From NCBI GenBank assembly GCA_040954595.2, contig CM082576.2, forward strand, positions 5,893,129 to 5,957,128: a stretch of DNA of 64,000 nucleotides. Direction: 5' to 3'. The translations under genes were made by a program, and so were the position numbers. The DNA comes from Balanoglossus misakiensis (taxonomy: Eukaryota; Animalia; Hemichordata). The notes under the pieces are model-generated. The model ran no database searches. It had not been told where the DNA came from and was given only the letters and a program-made list of their open reading frames with translations. Of the stretch, positions 1 through 15,000 are shown in pieces; position 1 is the stretch's first letter, and every line of letters begins with the position of its first letter.

Positions 1-3000
1 GGAATTAAGGTTTTTTGAATAAGCTCATGAACAATCATCCAGAAATGACAATTTTTCGACTTTGCGAATATCAAAATTTCTTCATTTTTTTGAAAAAGCA
101 TCTCGTGAGAGGTTATAGCTCATGAAAATCATCCAGAAATGACAATTTTTCGACTTTGCGAAATATCAAAATTTCTTCATTTTTTTGAAAAAGCATGGGT
201 TATAGCTCATGAAAATCATCCAGAAATGACAATTTTTCGACTTTGCGAATATCAAAATTTCTTCATTTTTTGAAAAAAGCATGGGTTATAGCTCATGAAA
301 ATCATCCAGAAATGACAATTTTTCGACTTTGCGAATATCAAAATTTCTTCATTTTTTTGAAAAAAGCATGGGTTATAGCTCATGAAAATCATCCAGAAAT
401 GACAATTTTTCGACTTTGCGAAATATCAAAATTTCTTCATTTTTTTGAAAAAAGCATGGGTTATAGCTCATGAAAATCATCCAGAAATGACAATTTTTCG
501 ACTTTGCGAAATATCAAAATTTCTTCATTTTTTTGAAAAAAGCATGGGTTATAGCTCATGAAAATCATCCAGAAATGACAATTTTTCGACTTTGCGAAAT
601 ATCAAAATTTCTTCATTTTTTTGAAAAAAGCATGGGTTATAGCTCATGAAAATCATCCAGAAATGACAATTTTTCGACTTTGCGAAATATCAAAATTTCT
701 TCATTTTTTTGAAAAAAGCATGGGTTATAGCTCATGAAAATCATCCAGAAATGACAATTTTTCGACTTTGCGAAATATCAAAATTTCTTCATTTTTTGAA
801 AAAAGCATGGGTTATAGCTCATGAAAATCATCCAGAAATGACAATTTTCGACTTTGCGAAATATCAAAATTTCTTCATTTTTTTGAAAAAAGCATGGGTT
901 ATAGCTCATGAAAATCATCCAGAAATGACAATTTTTCGACTTTGCGAAATATCAAAATTTCTTCATTTTTTTGAAAAAAGCATGGGTTATAGCTCATGAA
1001 AATCATCCAGAAATGACAATTTTTCGACTTTGCGAAATATCAAAATTTCTTCATTTTTTTGAAAAAAGCATGGGTTATAGCTCATGAAAATCATCCAGAA
1101 ATGACAATTTTTCGACTTTGCGAAATATCAAAATTTCTTCATTTTTTTGAAAAAAGCATGGGTTATAGCTCATGAAAATCATCCAGAAATGACAATTTTT
1201 CGACTTTGCGAAATATCAAAATTTCTTCATTTTTTTGAAAAAAGCATGGGTTATAGCTCATGAAAATCATCCAGAAATGACAATTTTTCGACTTTGCGAA
1301 ATATCAAAATTTCTTCATTTTTTTGAAAAAAGCATGGGTTATAGCTCATGAAAATCATCCAGAAATGACAATTTTTCGACTTTGCGAAATATCAAAATTT
1401 CTTCATTTTTTTGAAAAAAGCATGGGTTATAGCTCATGAAAATCATCCAGAAATGACAATTTTTCGACTTTGCGAAATATCAAAATTTCTTCATTTTTTG
1501 AAAAAGCATGGGTTATAGCTCATGAAAATCATCCAGAAATGACAATTTTTCGACTTTGCGAAATATCAAAATTTCTTCATTTTTTTGAAAAAAGCATGGG
1601 TTATAGCTCATGAAAATCATCCAGAAATGACAATTTTTCGACTTTGCGAAATATCAAAATTTCTTCATTTTTTTGAAAAAAGCATGGGTTATAGCTCATG
1701 AAAATCATCCAGAAATGACAATTTTTCGACTTTGCGAAATATCAAAATTTCTTCATTTTTTTGAAAAAAGCATGGGTTATAGCTCATGAAAATCATCCAG
1801 AAATGACATTTTCGACTTTGCGAAATATCAAAATTTCTTCATTTTTTTGAAAAAAGCATGGGTTATAGCTCATGAAAATCATCCAGAAATGACAATTTTT
1901 CGACTTTGCGAAATATCAAAATTTCTTCATTTTTTTGAAAAAAGCATGGGTTATAGCTCATGAAAATCATCCAGAAATGACAATTTTTCGACTTTGCGAA
2001 ATATCAAAATTTCTTCATTTTTTTGAAAAAAGCATGGGTTATAGCTCATGAAAATCATCCAGAAATGACAATTTTTCGACTTTGCGAAATATCAAAATTT
2101 CTTCATTTTTTTGAAAAAAGCATGGGTTATAGCTCATGAAAATCATCCAGAAATGACAATTTTTCGACTTTGCGAAATATCAAAATTTCTTCATTTTTTT
2201 GAAAAAAGCATGAGTTATAGCTCATGAAAAATCATCCAGAAATGACAATTTTTCGACTTTGCGAAATATCAAAATTTCTTCATTTTTTTGAAAAAAGCAT
2301 GGGTTATAGCTCATGAAAATCATCCAGAAATGACAATTTATCGAATTTGCGAAATATCAAAATTTCTTCATTTTTTTGAAAAAAGCATGGGTTATAGCTC
2401 ATGAAAATCATCCAGAAATGACAATTTTTCGACTTTGCGAAATATCAAAATTTCTTCATTTTTTTGAAAAAAGCATGGGTTATAGCTCATGAAAATCATC
2501 CAGAAATGACAATTTATCGGACTTTGCGAAATATCAAAATTTCTTCATTTTTTTGAAAAAAGCATGGGTTATAGCTCATGAAAATCATCCAGAAATGACA
2601 ATTTTTCGACTTTGCGAAATATCAAAATTTCTTCATTTTTTTGAAAAAAGCATGGGTTATAGCTCATGAAAATCATCCAGAAATGACAATTTTTCGACTT
2701 TGCGAAATATCAAAATTTCTTCATTTTTTTGAAAAAAGCATGAGTTATAGCTCATGAAAATCATCCAGAAATGACAATTTTTCGACTTTGCGAAATATCA
2801 AAATTTCTTCATTTTTTTGAAAAAAGCATGGGTTATAGCTCATGAAAATCATCCAGAAATGACAATTTTTCGACTTTGCGAAATATCAAAATTTCTTCAT
2901 TTTTTTGAAAAAAGCATGGGTTATAGCTCATGAAAATCATCCAGAAATGACAATTTTTCGACTTTGCGAAATATCAAAATTTCTTCATTTTTTTGAAAAA

Positions 3001-6000
3001 AGCATGGGTTATAGCTCATGAAAATCATCCAGAAATGACAATTTTTCGACTTTGCGAAATATCAAAATTTCTTCATTTTTTTGAAAAAAGCATGGGTTAT
3101 AGCTCATGAAAATCATCCAGAAATGACAATTTTTCGACTTTGCGAAATATCAAAATTTCTTCATTTTTTTGAAAAAAGCATGGGTTATAGCTCATGAAAA
3201 TCATCCAGAAATGACAATTTTTCGACTTTGCGAAATATCAAAATTTCTTCATTTTTTTGAAAAAAGCATGAGTTATAGCTCATGAAAATCATCCAGAAAT
3301 GACAATTTTTCGACTTTGCGAAATATCAAAATTTCTTCATTTTTTTGAAAAAAGCATGGGTTATAGCTCATGAAAATCATCCAGAAATGACAATTTATCG
3401 ACTTTGCGAAATATCAAAATTTCTTCATTTTTTTGAAAAAAGCATGGGTTATAGCTCATGAAAATCATCCAGAAATGACAATTTTTCGACTTTGCGAAAT
3501 ATCAAAATTTCTTCATTTTTTTGAAAAAAGCATGGGTTATAGCTCATGAAAATCATCCAGAAATGACAATTTATCGACTTTGCGAAATATCAAAATTTCT
3601 TCATTTTTTTGAAAAAAGCATGGGTTATAGCTCATGAAAATCATCCAGAAATGACAATTTTTCGACTTTGCGAAATATCAAAATTTCTTCATTTTTTTGA
3701 AAAAAGCATGGGTTATAGCTCATGAAAATCATCCAGAAATGACAATTTTTCGACTTTGCGAAATATCAAAATTTCTTCATTTTTTTGAAAAAAGCATGAG
3801 TTATAGCTCATGAAAATCATCCAGAAATGACAATTTTTCGACTTTGCGAAATATCAAAATTTCTTCATTTTTTTGAAAAAAGCATGGGTTATAGCTCATG
3901 AAAATCATCCAGAAATGACAATTTTTCGACTTTGCGAAATATCAAAATTTCTTCATTTTTTTGAAAAAAGCATGGGTTATAGCTCATGAAAATCATCCAG
4001 AAATGACAATTTTTCGACTTTGCGAAATATCAAAATTTCTTCATTTTTTTGAAAAAAGCATGGGTTATAGCTCATGAAAATCATCCAGAAATGACAATTT
4101 ATCGACTTTGCGAAATATCAAAATTTCTTCATTTTTTTGAAAAAAGCATGGGTTATAGCTCATGAAAATCATCCAGAAATGACAATTTTTCGACTTTGCG
4201 AAATATCAAAATTTCTTCATTTTTTTGAAAAAAGCATGGGTTATAGCTCATGAAAATCATCCAGAAATGACAATTTTTCGACTTTGCGAAATATCAAAAT
4301 TTCTTCATTTTTTTGAAAAAAGCATGGGTTATAGCTCATGAAAATCATCCAGAAATGACAATTTTTCGACTTTGCGAAATATCAAAATTTCTTCATTTTT
4401 TTGAAAAAAGCATGGGTTATAGCTCATGAAAATCATCCAGAAATGACAATTTTTCGACTTTGCGAAATATCAAAATTTCTTCATGTTTTTGAAAAAAGCA
4501 TGGGTTATAGCTCATGAAAATCATCCAGAAATGACAATTTTTCGACTTTGCGAAATATCAAAATTTCTTCATTTTTTTGAAAAAAGCATGGGTTATAGCT
4601 CATGAAAATCATCCAGAAATGACAATTTTTCGACTTTGCGAAATATCAAAATTTCTTCATTTTTTTGAAAAAAGCATGGGTTATAGCTCATGAAAATCAT
4701 CCAGAAATGACAATTTTTCGACTTTGCGAAATATCAAAATTTCTTCACTTTTTTGAAAAAAGCATGGGTTATAGCTCATGAAAATCATCCAGAAATGACA
4801 ATTTTTCGACTTTGCGAAATATCAAAATTTCTTCATGTTTTTGAAAAAAGCATGGGTTATAGCTCATGAAAATCATCCAGAAATGACAATTTTTCGACTT
4901 TGCGAAATATCAAAATTTCTTCATTTTTTTGAAAAAAGCATGGGTTATAGCTCATGAAAATCATCCAGAAATGACAATTTTTCGACTTTGCGAAATATCA
5001 AAATTTCTTCATTTTTTTGAAAAAAGCATGGGTTATAGCTCATGAAAATCATCCAGAAATGACAATTTATCGACTTTGCGAAATATCAAAATTTCTTCAT
5101 TTTTTTGAAAAAAGCATGGGTTATAGCTCATGAAAATCATCCAGAAATGACAATTTTTCGACTTTGCGAAATATCAAAATTTCTTCATTTTTTTGAAAAA
5201 AGCATGGGTTATAGCTCATGAAAATCATCCAGAAATGACAATTTTTCCACTTTGCGAAATATCAAAATTTCTTCATTTTTTTGAAAAAAGCATGAGTTAT
5301 AGCTCATGAAAATCATCCAGAAATGACAATTTTTCGACTTTGCGAAATATCAAAATTTCTTCATTTTTTGAAAAAAGCATGGGTTATAGCTCATGAAAAT
5401 CATCCAGAAATGACAATTTATCGACTTTGCGAAATATCAAAATTTCTTCATTTTTTTGAAAAAAGCATGGGTTATAGCTCATGAAAATCATCCAGAAATG
5501 ACAATTTTTCGACTTTGCGAAATATCAAAATTTCTTCATTTTTTTGAAAAAAGCATGGGTTATAGCTCATGAAAATCATCCAGAAATGACAATTTTTCGA
5601 CTTTGCGAAATATCAAAATTTCTTCATTTTTTTGAAAAAAGCATGGGTTATAGCTCATGAAAATCATCCAGAAATGACAATTTTTCGACTTTGCGAAATA
5701 TCAAAATTTCTTCACTTTTTTGAAAAAAGCATGGGTTATAGCTCATGAAAATCATCCAGAAATGACAATTTTTCGACTTTGCGAAATATCAAAATTTCTT
5801 CACTTTTTTGAAAAAAGCATGGGTTATAGCTCATGAAAATCATCCAGAAATGACAATTTTTCGACTTTGCGAAATATTAAAATTTCTTCATTTTTTTGAA
5901 AAAAGCATGGGTTATAGCTCATGAAAATCATCCAGAAATGACAATTTTTCGACTTTGCGAAATATCAAAATTTCTTCATTTTTTTGAAAAAAGCACGGGT

Positions 6001-9000
6001 TATAGCTCATGAAAATCATCCAGAAATGACAATTTTTCGACTTTGCGAAATATCAAAATTTCTTCATTTTTTTGAAAAAAGCATGGGTTATAGCTCATGA
6101 AAATCATCCAGAAATGACAATTTTTCGACTTTGCGAAATATCAAAATTTCTTCATTTTTTTGAAAAAAGCATGGGTTATAGCTCATGAAAATCATCCAGA
6201 AATGACAATTTTTTGACTTTGCGAAATATCAAAATTTCTTCATTTTTTTGAAAAAAGCATGGGTTATAGCTCATGAAAATCATCCAGAAATGACAATTTT
6301 TCGACTTTGCGAAATATCAAAATTTCTTCATTTTTTTGAAAAAAGCATGGGTTATAGCTCATGAAAATCATCCAGAAATGACAATTTTTCGACTTTGCGA
6401 AATATCAAAATTTCTTCATTTTTTTGAAAAAAGCATGGGTTATAGCTCATGAAAATCATCCAGAAATGACAATTTTTCGACTTTGCGAAATATCAAAATT
6501 TCTTCATTTTTTTGAAAAAAGCATGGGTTATAGCTCATGAAAATCATCCAGAAATGACAATTTTTCGACTTTGCGAAATATCAAAATTTCTTCATTTTTT
6601 TGAAAAAAGCATGGGTTATAGCTCATGAAAATCATCCAGAAATGACAATTTATCGACTTTGCGAAATATCAAAATTTCTTCATTTTTTTGAAAAAAGCAT
6701 GAGTTATAGCTCATGAAAATCATCCAGAAATGACAATTTTTCGACTTTGCGAAATATCAAAATTTCTTCATTTTTTTGAAAAAAAGCATGGGTTATAGCT
6801 CATGAAAATCATCCAGAAATGACAATTTTTCGACTTTGCGAAATATCAAAATTTCTTCATTTTTTTTAAAAAAAGCATGGGTTATAGCTCATGAAAATCA
6901 TCCAGAAATGACAATTTTTCGACTTTGCGAAATATCAAAATTTCTTCATTTATTGAAAAAAGCATGGGTTATAGCTCATGAAAATCATCCAGAAATGACA
7001 ATTTTTCGACTTTGCGAAATATCAAAATTTCTTCATTTATTGAAAAAAGCATGGGTTATAGCTCATGAAAATCATCCAGAAATGACAATTTTTCGACTTT
7101 GCGAAATATCAAAATTTCTTCATTTTTTTGAAAAAAGCATGGGTTATAGCTCATGAAAATCATCCAGAAATGACAATTTTTCGACTTTGCGAAATATCAA
7201 AATTTCTTCATTTTTTTGAAAAAAGCATGGGTTATAGCTCATGAAAATCATCCAGAAATGACAATTTTTCGACTTTGCGAAATATCAAAATTTCTTCATT
7301 TTTTTGAAAAAAGCATGGGTTATAGCTCATGAAAATCATCCAGAAATGACAATTTTTCGACTTTGCGAAATATCAAAATTTCTTCATTTTTTTGAAAAAA
7401 GCATGGGTTATAGCTCATGAAAATCATCCAGAAATGACAATTTTTCGACTTTGCGAAATATCAAAATTTCTTCATTTTTTTGAAAAAAGCATGGGTTATA
7501 GCTCATGAAAATCATCCAGAAATGACAATTTTTCGACTTTGCGAAATATCAAAATTTCTTCATTTTTTTGAAAAAAGCATGGGTTATAGCTCATGAAAAT
7601 CATCCAGAAATGACAATTTTTCGACTTTGCGAAATATCAAAATTTCTTCATTTATTGAAAAAAGCATGGGTTATAGCTCATGAAAATCATCCAGAAATGA
7701 CAATTTTTCGACTTTGCGAAATATCAAAATTTCTTCATTTTTTTGAAAAAAGCATGGGTTATAGCTCATGAAAATCATCCAGAAATGACAATTTTTCGAC
7801 TTTGCGAAATATCAAAATTTCTTCACTTTTTTGAAAAAAGCATGGGTTATAGCTCATGAAAATCATCCAGAAATGACAATTTTTCGACTTTGCGAAATAT
7901 CTAAATTTCTTCACTTTTTTGAAAAAAGCATGGGTTATAGCTCATGAAAATCATCCAGAAATGACAATTTTTCGACTTTGCGAAATATCAAAATTTCTTC
8001 ACTTTTTTGAAAAAAGCATGGGTTATAGCTCATGAAAATCATCCAGAAATGACAATTTTTCGACTTTGCGAAATATCTAAATTTCTTCACTTTTTTGAAA
8101 AAAGCATGGGTTATAGCTCATGAAAATCATCCAGAAATGACAATTTTTCGACTTTGCGAAATATCAAAATTTCTTCACTTTTTTGAAAAAAGCATGGGTT
8201 ATAGCTCATGAAAATCATCCAGAAATGACAATTTTTCGACTTTGCGAAATATCAAAATTTCTTCACTTTTTTGAAAAAAGCATGGGTTATAGCTCATGAA
8301 AATCATCCAGAAATGACAATTTTTCGACTTTGCGAAATATCAAAATTTCTTCACTTTTTTGAAAAAAGCATGGGTTATAGCTCATGAAAATCATCCAGAA
8401 ATGACAATTTTTCGACTTTGCGAAATATCAAAATTTCTTCATTTTTTTGAAAAAAGCATGGGTTATAGCTCATGAAAATCATCCAGAAATGACAATTTTT
8501 CGACTTTGCGAAATATCAAAATTTCTTCATTTTTTTGAAAAAAGCATGGGTTATAGCTCATGAAAATCATCCAGAAATGACAATTTTTCGACTTTGCGAA
8601 ATATCAAAATTTCTTCATTTTTTTGAAAAAAGCATGGGTTATAGCTCATGAAAATCATCCAGAAATGACAATTTTTCGACTTTGCGAAATATCAAAATTT
8701 CTTCATTTTTTTGAAAAAAGCATGGGTTATAGCTCATGAAAATCATCCAGAAATGACAATTTTTCGACTTTGCGAAATATCAAAATTTCTTCATTTTTTT
8801 GAAAAAAGCATGGGTTATAGCTCATGAAAATCATCCAGAAATGTCAATTTTTCGACTTTGCGAAATATCAAAATTTCTTCATTTTTTTGAAAAAAGCATG
8901 GGTTATAGCTCATGAAAATCATCCAGAAATGACAATTTTTCGACTTTGCAAAATATCAAAATTTCTTCATTTTTTTGAAAAAAGCATGGGTTATAGCTCA

Positions 9001-12000
9001 TGAAAATCATCCAGAAATGACAATTTTTCGACTTTGCGAAATATCAAAATTTCTTCATTTTTTTGAAAAAAGCATGGGTTATAGCTCATGAAAATCATCC
9101 AGAAATGACAATTTTTCGACTTTGCGAAATATCAAAATTTCTTCATTTTTTTGAAAAAAGCATGGGTTATAGCTCATGAAAATCATCCAGAAATGACAAT
9201 TTTTCGACTTTGCGAAATATCAAAATTTCTTCATTTTTTTGAAAAAAGCATGGGTTATAGCTCATGAAAATCATCCAGAAATGACAATTTTTCGACTTTG
9301 CGAAATATCAAAATTTCTTCATTTTTTTGAAAAAAGCATGGGTTATAGCTCATGAAAATCATCCAGAAATGACAATTTTTCGACTTTGCGAAATATCAAA
9401 ATTTCTTCATTTTTTTGAAAAAAGCATGGGTTATAGCTCATGAAAATCATCCAGAAATGACAATTTTTCGACTTTGCGAAATATCAAAATTTCTTCATTT
9501 TTTTGAAAAAAGCATGGGTTATAGCTCATGAAAATCATCCAGAAATGACAATTTTTCGACTTTGCGAAATATCAAAATTTCTTCATTTTTTTTGAAAAAG
9601 CATGGGTTATAGCTCATGAAAATCATCCAGAAATGACAATTTTTCGACTTTGCGAAATATCAAAATTTCTTCATTTTTTTGAAAAAAGCATGGGTTATAG
9701 CTCATGAAAATCATCCAGAAATGACAATATTTCGACTTTGCGAAATATCAAAATTTCTTCATTTTTTGAAAAAAGCATGGGTTATAGCTCATGAAAATCA
9801 TCCAGAAATGACAATTTTTCGACTTTGCAAAATATCAAAAATTCTTCATTTTTTTGAAAAAGCATGGGTTATAGCTCATGAAAATCATCCAGAAATGACA
9901 ATTTTTCGACTTTGCGAAATATCAAAATTTCTTCATTTTTTTGAAAAAAGCATGGGTTATAGCTCATGAAAATCATCCAGAAATGACAATTTTTCGACTT
10001 TGCGAAATATCAAAATTTCTTCATTTTTTTTGAAAAAAGCATGGGTTATAGCTCATGAAAATCATCCAGAAATGACAATTTTTCGACTTTGCGAAATATC
10101 AAAATTTCTTCATTTTTTTGAAAAAAGCATGGGTTATAGCTCATGAAAATCATCCAGAAATGACAATTTTTCGACTTTGCGAAATATCAAAATTTCTTCA
10201 TTTTTTTGAAAAAGCATGGGTTATAGCTCATGAAAATCATCCAGAAATGACAATTTTTCGACTTTGCGAAATATCAAAATTTCTTCATTTTTTTGAAAAA
10301 AGCATGGGTTATAGCTCATGAAAATCATCCAGAAATGACAATATTTCGACTTTGCGAAATATCAAAATTTCTTCATTTTTTGAAAAAAGCATGAAAATCA
10401 TCCAGAAATGACAATTTTTCGACTTTGCGAAATATCAAAATTTCTTCATTTTTTTGAAAAAAGCATGGGTTATAGCTCATGAAAATCATCCAGAAATGAC
10501 AATTTTTCGACTTTGCGAAATATCAAAATTTCTTCATTTTTTTGAAAAAAGCATGGGTTATAGCTCATGAAAATCATCCAGAAATGACAATTTTTCGACT
10601 TTGCGAAATATCAAAATTTCTTCATTTTTTTGAAAAAAGCATGGGTTATAGCTCATGAAAATCATCCAGAAATGACAATTTTTCGACTTTGCGAAATATC
10701 AAAATTTCTTCATTTTTTTGAAAAAAGCATGGGTTATAGCTCATGAAAATCATCCAGAAATGACAATTTTTCGACTTTGCGAAATATCAAAATTTCTTCA
10801 TTTTTTTGAAAAAAGCATGGGTTATAGCTCATGAAAATCATCCAGAAATGACAATTTTTCGACTTTGCGAAATATCAAAATTTCTTCATTTTTTTGAAAA
10901 AAGCATGGGTTATAGCTCATGAAAATCATCCAGAAATGACAATTTTTCGACTTTGCGAAATATCAAAATTTCTTCATTTTTTTGAAAAAAGCATGGGTTA
11001 TAGCTCATGAAAATCATCCAGAAATGACAATTTTTCGACTTTGCGAAATATCAAAATTTCTTCATTTTTTTGAAAAAAGCATGGGTTATAGCTCATGAAA
11101 ATCATCCAGAAATGACAATTTTTCGACTTTGCGAAATATCAAAATTTCTTCATTTTTTTGAAAAAAGCATGGGTTATAGCTCATGAAAATCATCCAGAAA
11201 TGACAATTTTTCGACTTTGCGAAATATCAAAATTTCTTCATTTTTTTGAAAAAAGCATGGGTTATAGCTCATGAAAATCATCCAGAAATGACAATTTTTC
11301 GACTTTGCGAAATATCAAAAATTCTTCATTTTTTTGAAAAAAGCATGGGTTATAGCTCATGAAAATCATCCAGAAATGACAATTTTTCGACTTTGCGAAA
11401 TATCAAAATTTCTTCATTTTTTTGAAAAAAGCATGGGTTATAGCTCATGAAAATCATCCAGAAATGACAATTTTTCGACTTTGCGAAATATCAAAATTTC
11501 TTCATTTTTTTGAAAAAAGCATGGGTTATAGCTCATGAAAATCATCCAGAAATGACAATTTTTCGACTTTGCGAAATATCAAAATTTCTTCATTTTTTTG
11601 AAAAAAGCATGGGTTATAGCTCATGAAAATCATCCAGAAATGACAATTTTTCGACTTTGCGAAATATCAAAATTTCTTCATTTTTTTGAAAAAGCATGGG
11701 TTATAGCTCATGAAAATCTTCCAGAAATGACAATTTTTCGACTTTGCGAAATATCAAAATTTCTTCATTTTTTTGATAAAAGCATGGGTTATAGCTTAGA
11801 AAATCATCCAGAAATGACAATTTTTCGACTTTGCGAAATATCAAAATTTCTTCATTTTTTTGAAAAAAGCATGGGTTATAGCTCATGAAAATCATCCAGA
11901 AATGACAATTTTTCGACTTTGCGAAATATCAAAATTTCTTCATGTTTTTGAAAAAAGCATGGGTTATAGCTCATGAAAATCATCCAGAAATGACAATTTT

Positions 12001-15000
12001 TCGACTTTGCGAAATATCAAAATTTCTTCATTTTTTTGAAAAAAGCATGGGTTATAGCTCATGAAAATCATCCAGAAATGACAATTTTTTGACTTTGCGA
12101 AATATCAAAATTTCTTCATTTTTTTGAAAAAAGCATGGGTTATAGCTCATGAAAATCATCCAGAAATGACAATTTTTCGACTTTGCGAAATATCAAAATT
12201 TCTTCATTTTTTTGAAAAAAGCATGGGTTATAGCTCATGAAAATCATCCAGAAATGACAATTTTTCGACTTTGCGAAATATCAAAATTTCTTCATTTTTT
12301 TGAAAAAAGCATGGGTTATAGCTCATGAAAATCATCCAGAAATGACAATTTTTCGACTTTGCGAAATATCAAAATTTCTTCATTTTTTTGAAAAAAGCAT
12401 GGGTTATAGCTCATGAAAATCATCCAGAAATGACAATTTTTCGACTTTGCGAAATATCAAAATTTCTTCATTTTTTTGAAAAAAGCATGGGTTATAGCTC
12501 ATGAAAATCATCCAGAAATTACAATTTTTCGACTTTGCGAAATATCAAAAATTCTTCATTTTTTTGAAAAAAGCATGGGTTATAGCTCATGAAAATCATC
12601 CAGAAATGACAATTTTTCGACTTTGCGAAATATCAAAATTTCTTCATTTTTTTGAAAAAAGCATGGGTTATAGCTCATGAAAATCATCCAGAAATTACAA
12701 TTTTTCGACTTTGCGAAATATCAAAAATTCTTCATTTTTTTGAAAAAAGCATGGGTTATAGCTCATGAAAATCATCCAGAAATGACAATTTTTCGACTTT
12801 GCGAAATATCAAAATTTCTTCATTTTTTTGAAAAAAGCATGGGTTATAGCTCATGAAAATCATCCAGAAATGACAATTTTTCGACTTTGCGAAATATCAA
12901 AATTTCTTCATTTTTTTGAAAAAAGCATGGGTTATAGCTCATGAAAATCATCCAGAAATGACAATTTTTCGACTTTGCGAAATATCAAAATTTCTTCATT
13001 TTTTTGAAAAAAGCATGGGTTATAGCTCATGAAAATCATCCAGAAATGACAATTTTTCGACTTTGCGAAATATCAAAATTTCTTCATTTTTTTGAAAAAA
13101 GCATGGGTTATAGCTCATGAAAATCATCCAGAAATGACAATTTTTCGACTTTGCGAAATATCAAAATTTCTTCATTTTTTTGAAAAAAGCATGGGTTATA
13201 GCTCATGAAAATCATCCAGAAATGACAATTTTTCGACTTTGCGAAATATCAAAATTTCTTCATTTTTTTGAAAAAAGCATGGGTTATAGCTCATGAAAAT
13301 CATCCAGAAATGACAATTTTTCGACTTTGCGAAATATCAAAATTTCTTCATTTTTTTGAAAAAAGCATGGGTTATAGCTCATGAAAATCATCCAGAAATG
13401 ACAATTTTTCGACTTTGCGAATTTTCAAAATTTCTTCATTTATTGAAAAAATCATGGGTTATAGCTCATGAAAATCATCCAAAAATGAAAATTTTCCGAC
13501 TTTGCGAATTTTCAAAATTTCTTCATTTTTTTGAAAAAAGCATGGGTTATAGCTCATGAAAATCATCCAGAAATGACAATTTTTCGACTTTGCGAAATAT
13601 CAAAATTTCTTCATTTTTTTGAAAAAAGCATGGGTTATAGCTCATGAAAATCATCCAGAAATGACAATTTTTCGACTTTGCGAAATATCAAAATTTCTTC
13701 ATTTTTTTGAAAAAAGCATGGGTTATAGCTCATGAAAATCATCCAGAAATGACAATTTTTCGACTTTGCGAAATATCAAAATTTCTTCATTTTTTTTGAA
13801 AAAAGCATGGGTTATAGCTCATGAAAATCATCCAGAAATGACAATTTTTCGACTTTGCGAAATATCAAAATTTCTTCATTTTTTTGAAAAAAGCATGGGT
13901 TATAGCTCATGAAAATCATCCAGAAATGACAATTTTTCGACTTTGCGAATTTTCAAAATTTCTTCATTTATTGAAAAAATCATGGGTTATAGCTCATGAA
14001 AATCATCCAAAAATGAAAATTTTCCGACTTTGCGAATTTTCAAAATTTCTTCATTTTTTTGAAAAAAGCATGGGTTATAGCTCATGAAAATCATCCAGAA
14101 ATGACAATTTTTCGACTTTGCGAAATATCAAAATTTCTTTATTTTTTTGAAAAAAGCATTGGTTATGGCTCATGAAAATCATCCAGAAATGACAATTTTT
14201 CGACTTTGCGAATTTTCAAAATTTCTTCATTTATTGAAAAAATCATGGGTTATAGCTCATGAAAATCATCCAAAAATGAAAATTTTCCGACTTTGCGAAT
14301 TTTCAAAATTTCTTCATTTTTTTGAAAAAAGCATGGGTTATAGCTCATGAAAATCATCCAGAAATGACAATTTTTCGACTTTGCGAAATATCAAAATTTC
14401 TTCATTTTTTTGAAAAAAGCATGGGTTATAGCTCATGAAAATCATCCAGAAATGACAATTTTTCGACTTTGCGAAATATCAAAATTTCTTCATTTTTTTT
14501 GAAAAAAGCATGGGTTATAGCTCATGAAAATCATCCAGAAATGACAATTTTTCGACTTTGCGAAATATCAAAATTTCTTCATTTTTTTGAAAAAAGCATG
14601 GGTTATAGCTCATGAAAATCATCCAGAAATGACAATTTTTCGACTTTGCGAATTTTCAAAATTTCTTCATTTATTGAAAAAATCATGGGTTATAGCTCAT
14701 GAAAATCATCCAAAAATGAAAATTTTCCGACTTTGCGAATTTTCAAAATTTCTTCATTTTTTTGAAAAAAGCATGGGTTATAGCTCATGAAAATCATCCA
14801 GAAATGACAATTTTTCGACTTTGCGAAATATCAAAATTTCTTCATTTTTTTGAAAAAAGCATGGGTTATAGCTCATGAAAATCATCCAGAAATGACAATT
14901 TTTCGACTTTGCGAAATATCAAAATTTCTTCATTTTTTTGAAAAAAGCATGGGTTATAGCTCATGAAAATCATCCAGAAATGACAATTTTTCGACTTTGC

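Noticed and set aside
1-860. Divergent monomers at the window start as biological variants
   Set aside because: Scattered indels and garbled bases (e.g. TCTCGTGAGA near 101) look like low-coverage long-read error at a contig end.
1198-1214. CENP-B box in the monomer (TTTCGACTTTGCGAAAT)
   Set aside because: It has TTCG but lacks the required A and CGGG positions on either strand.
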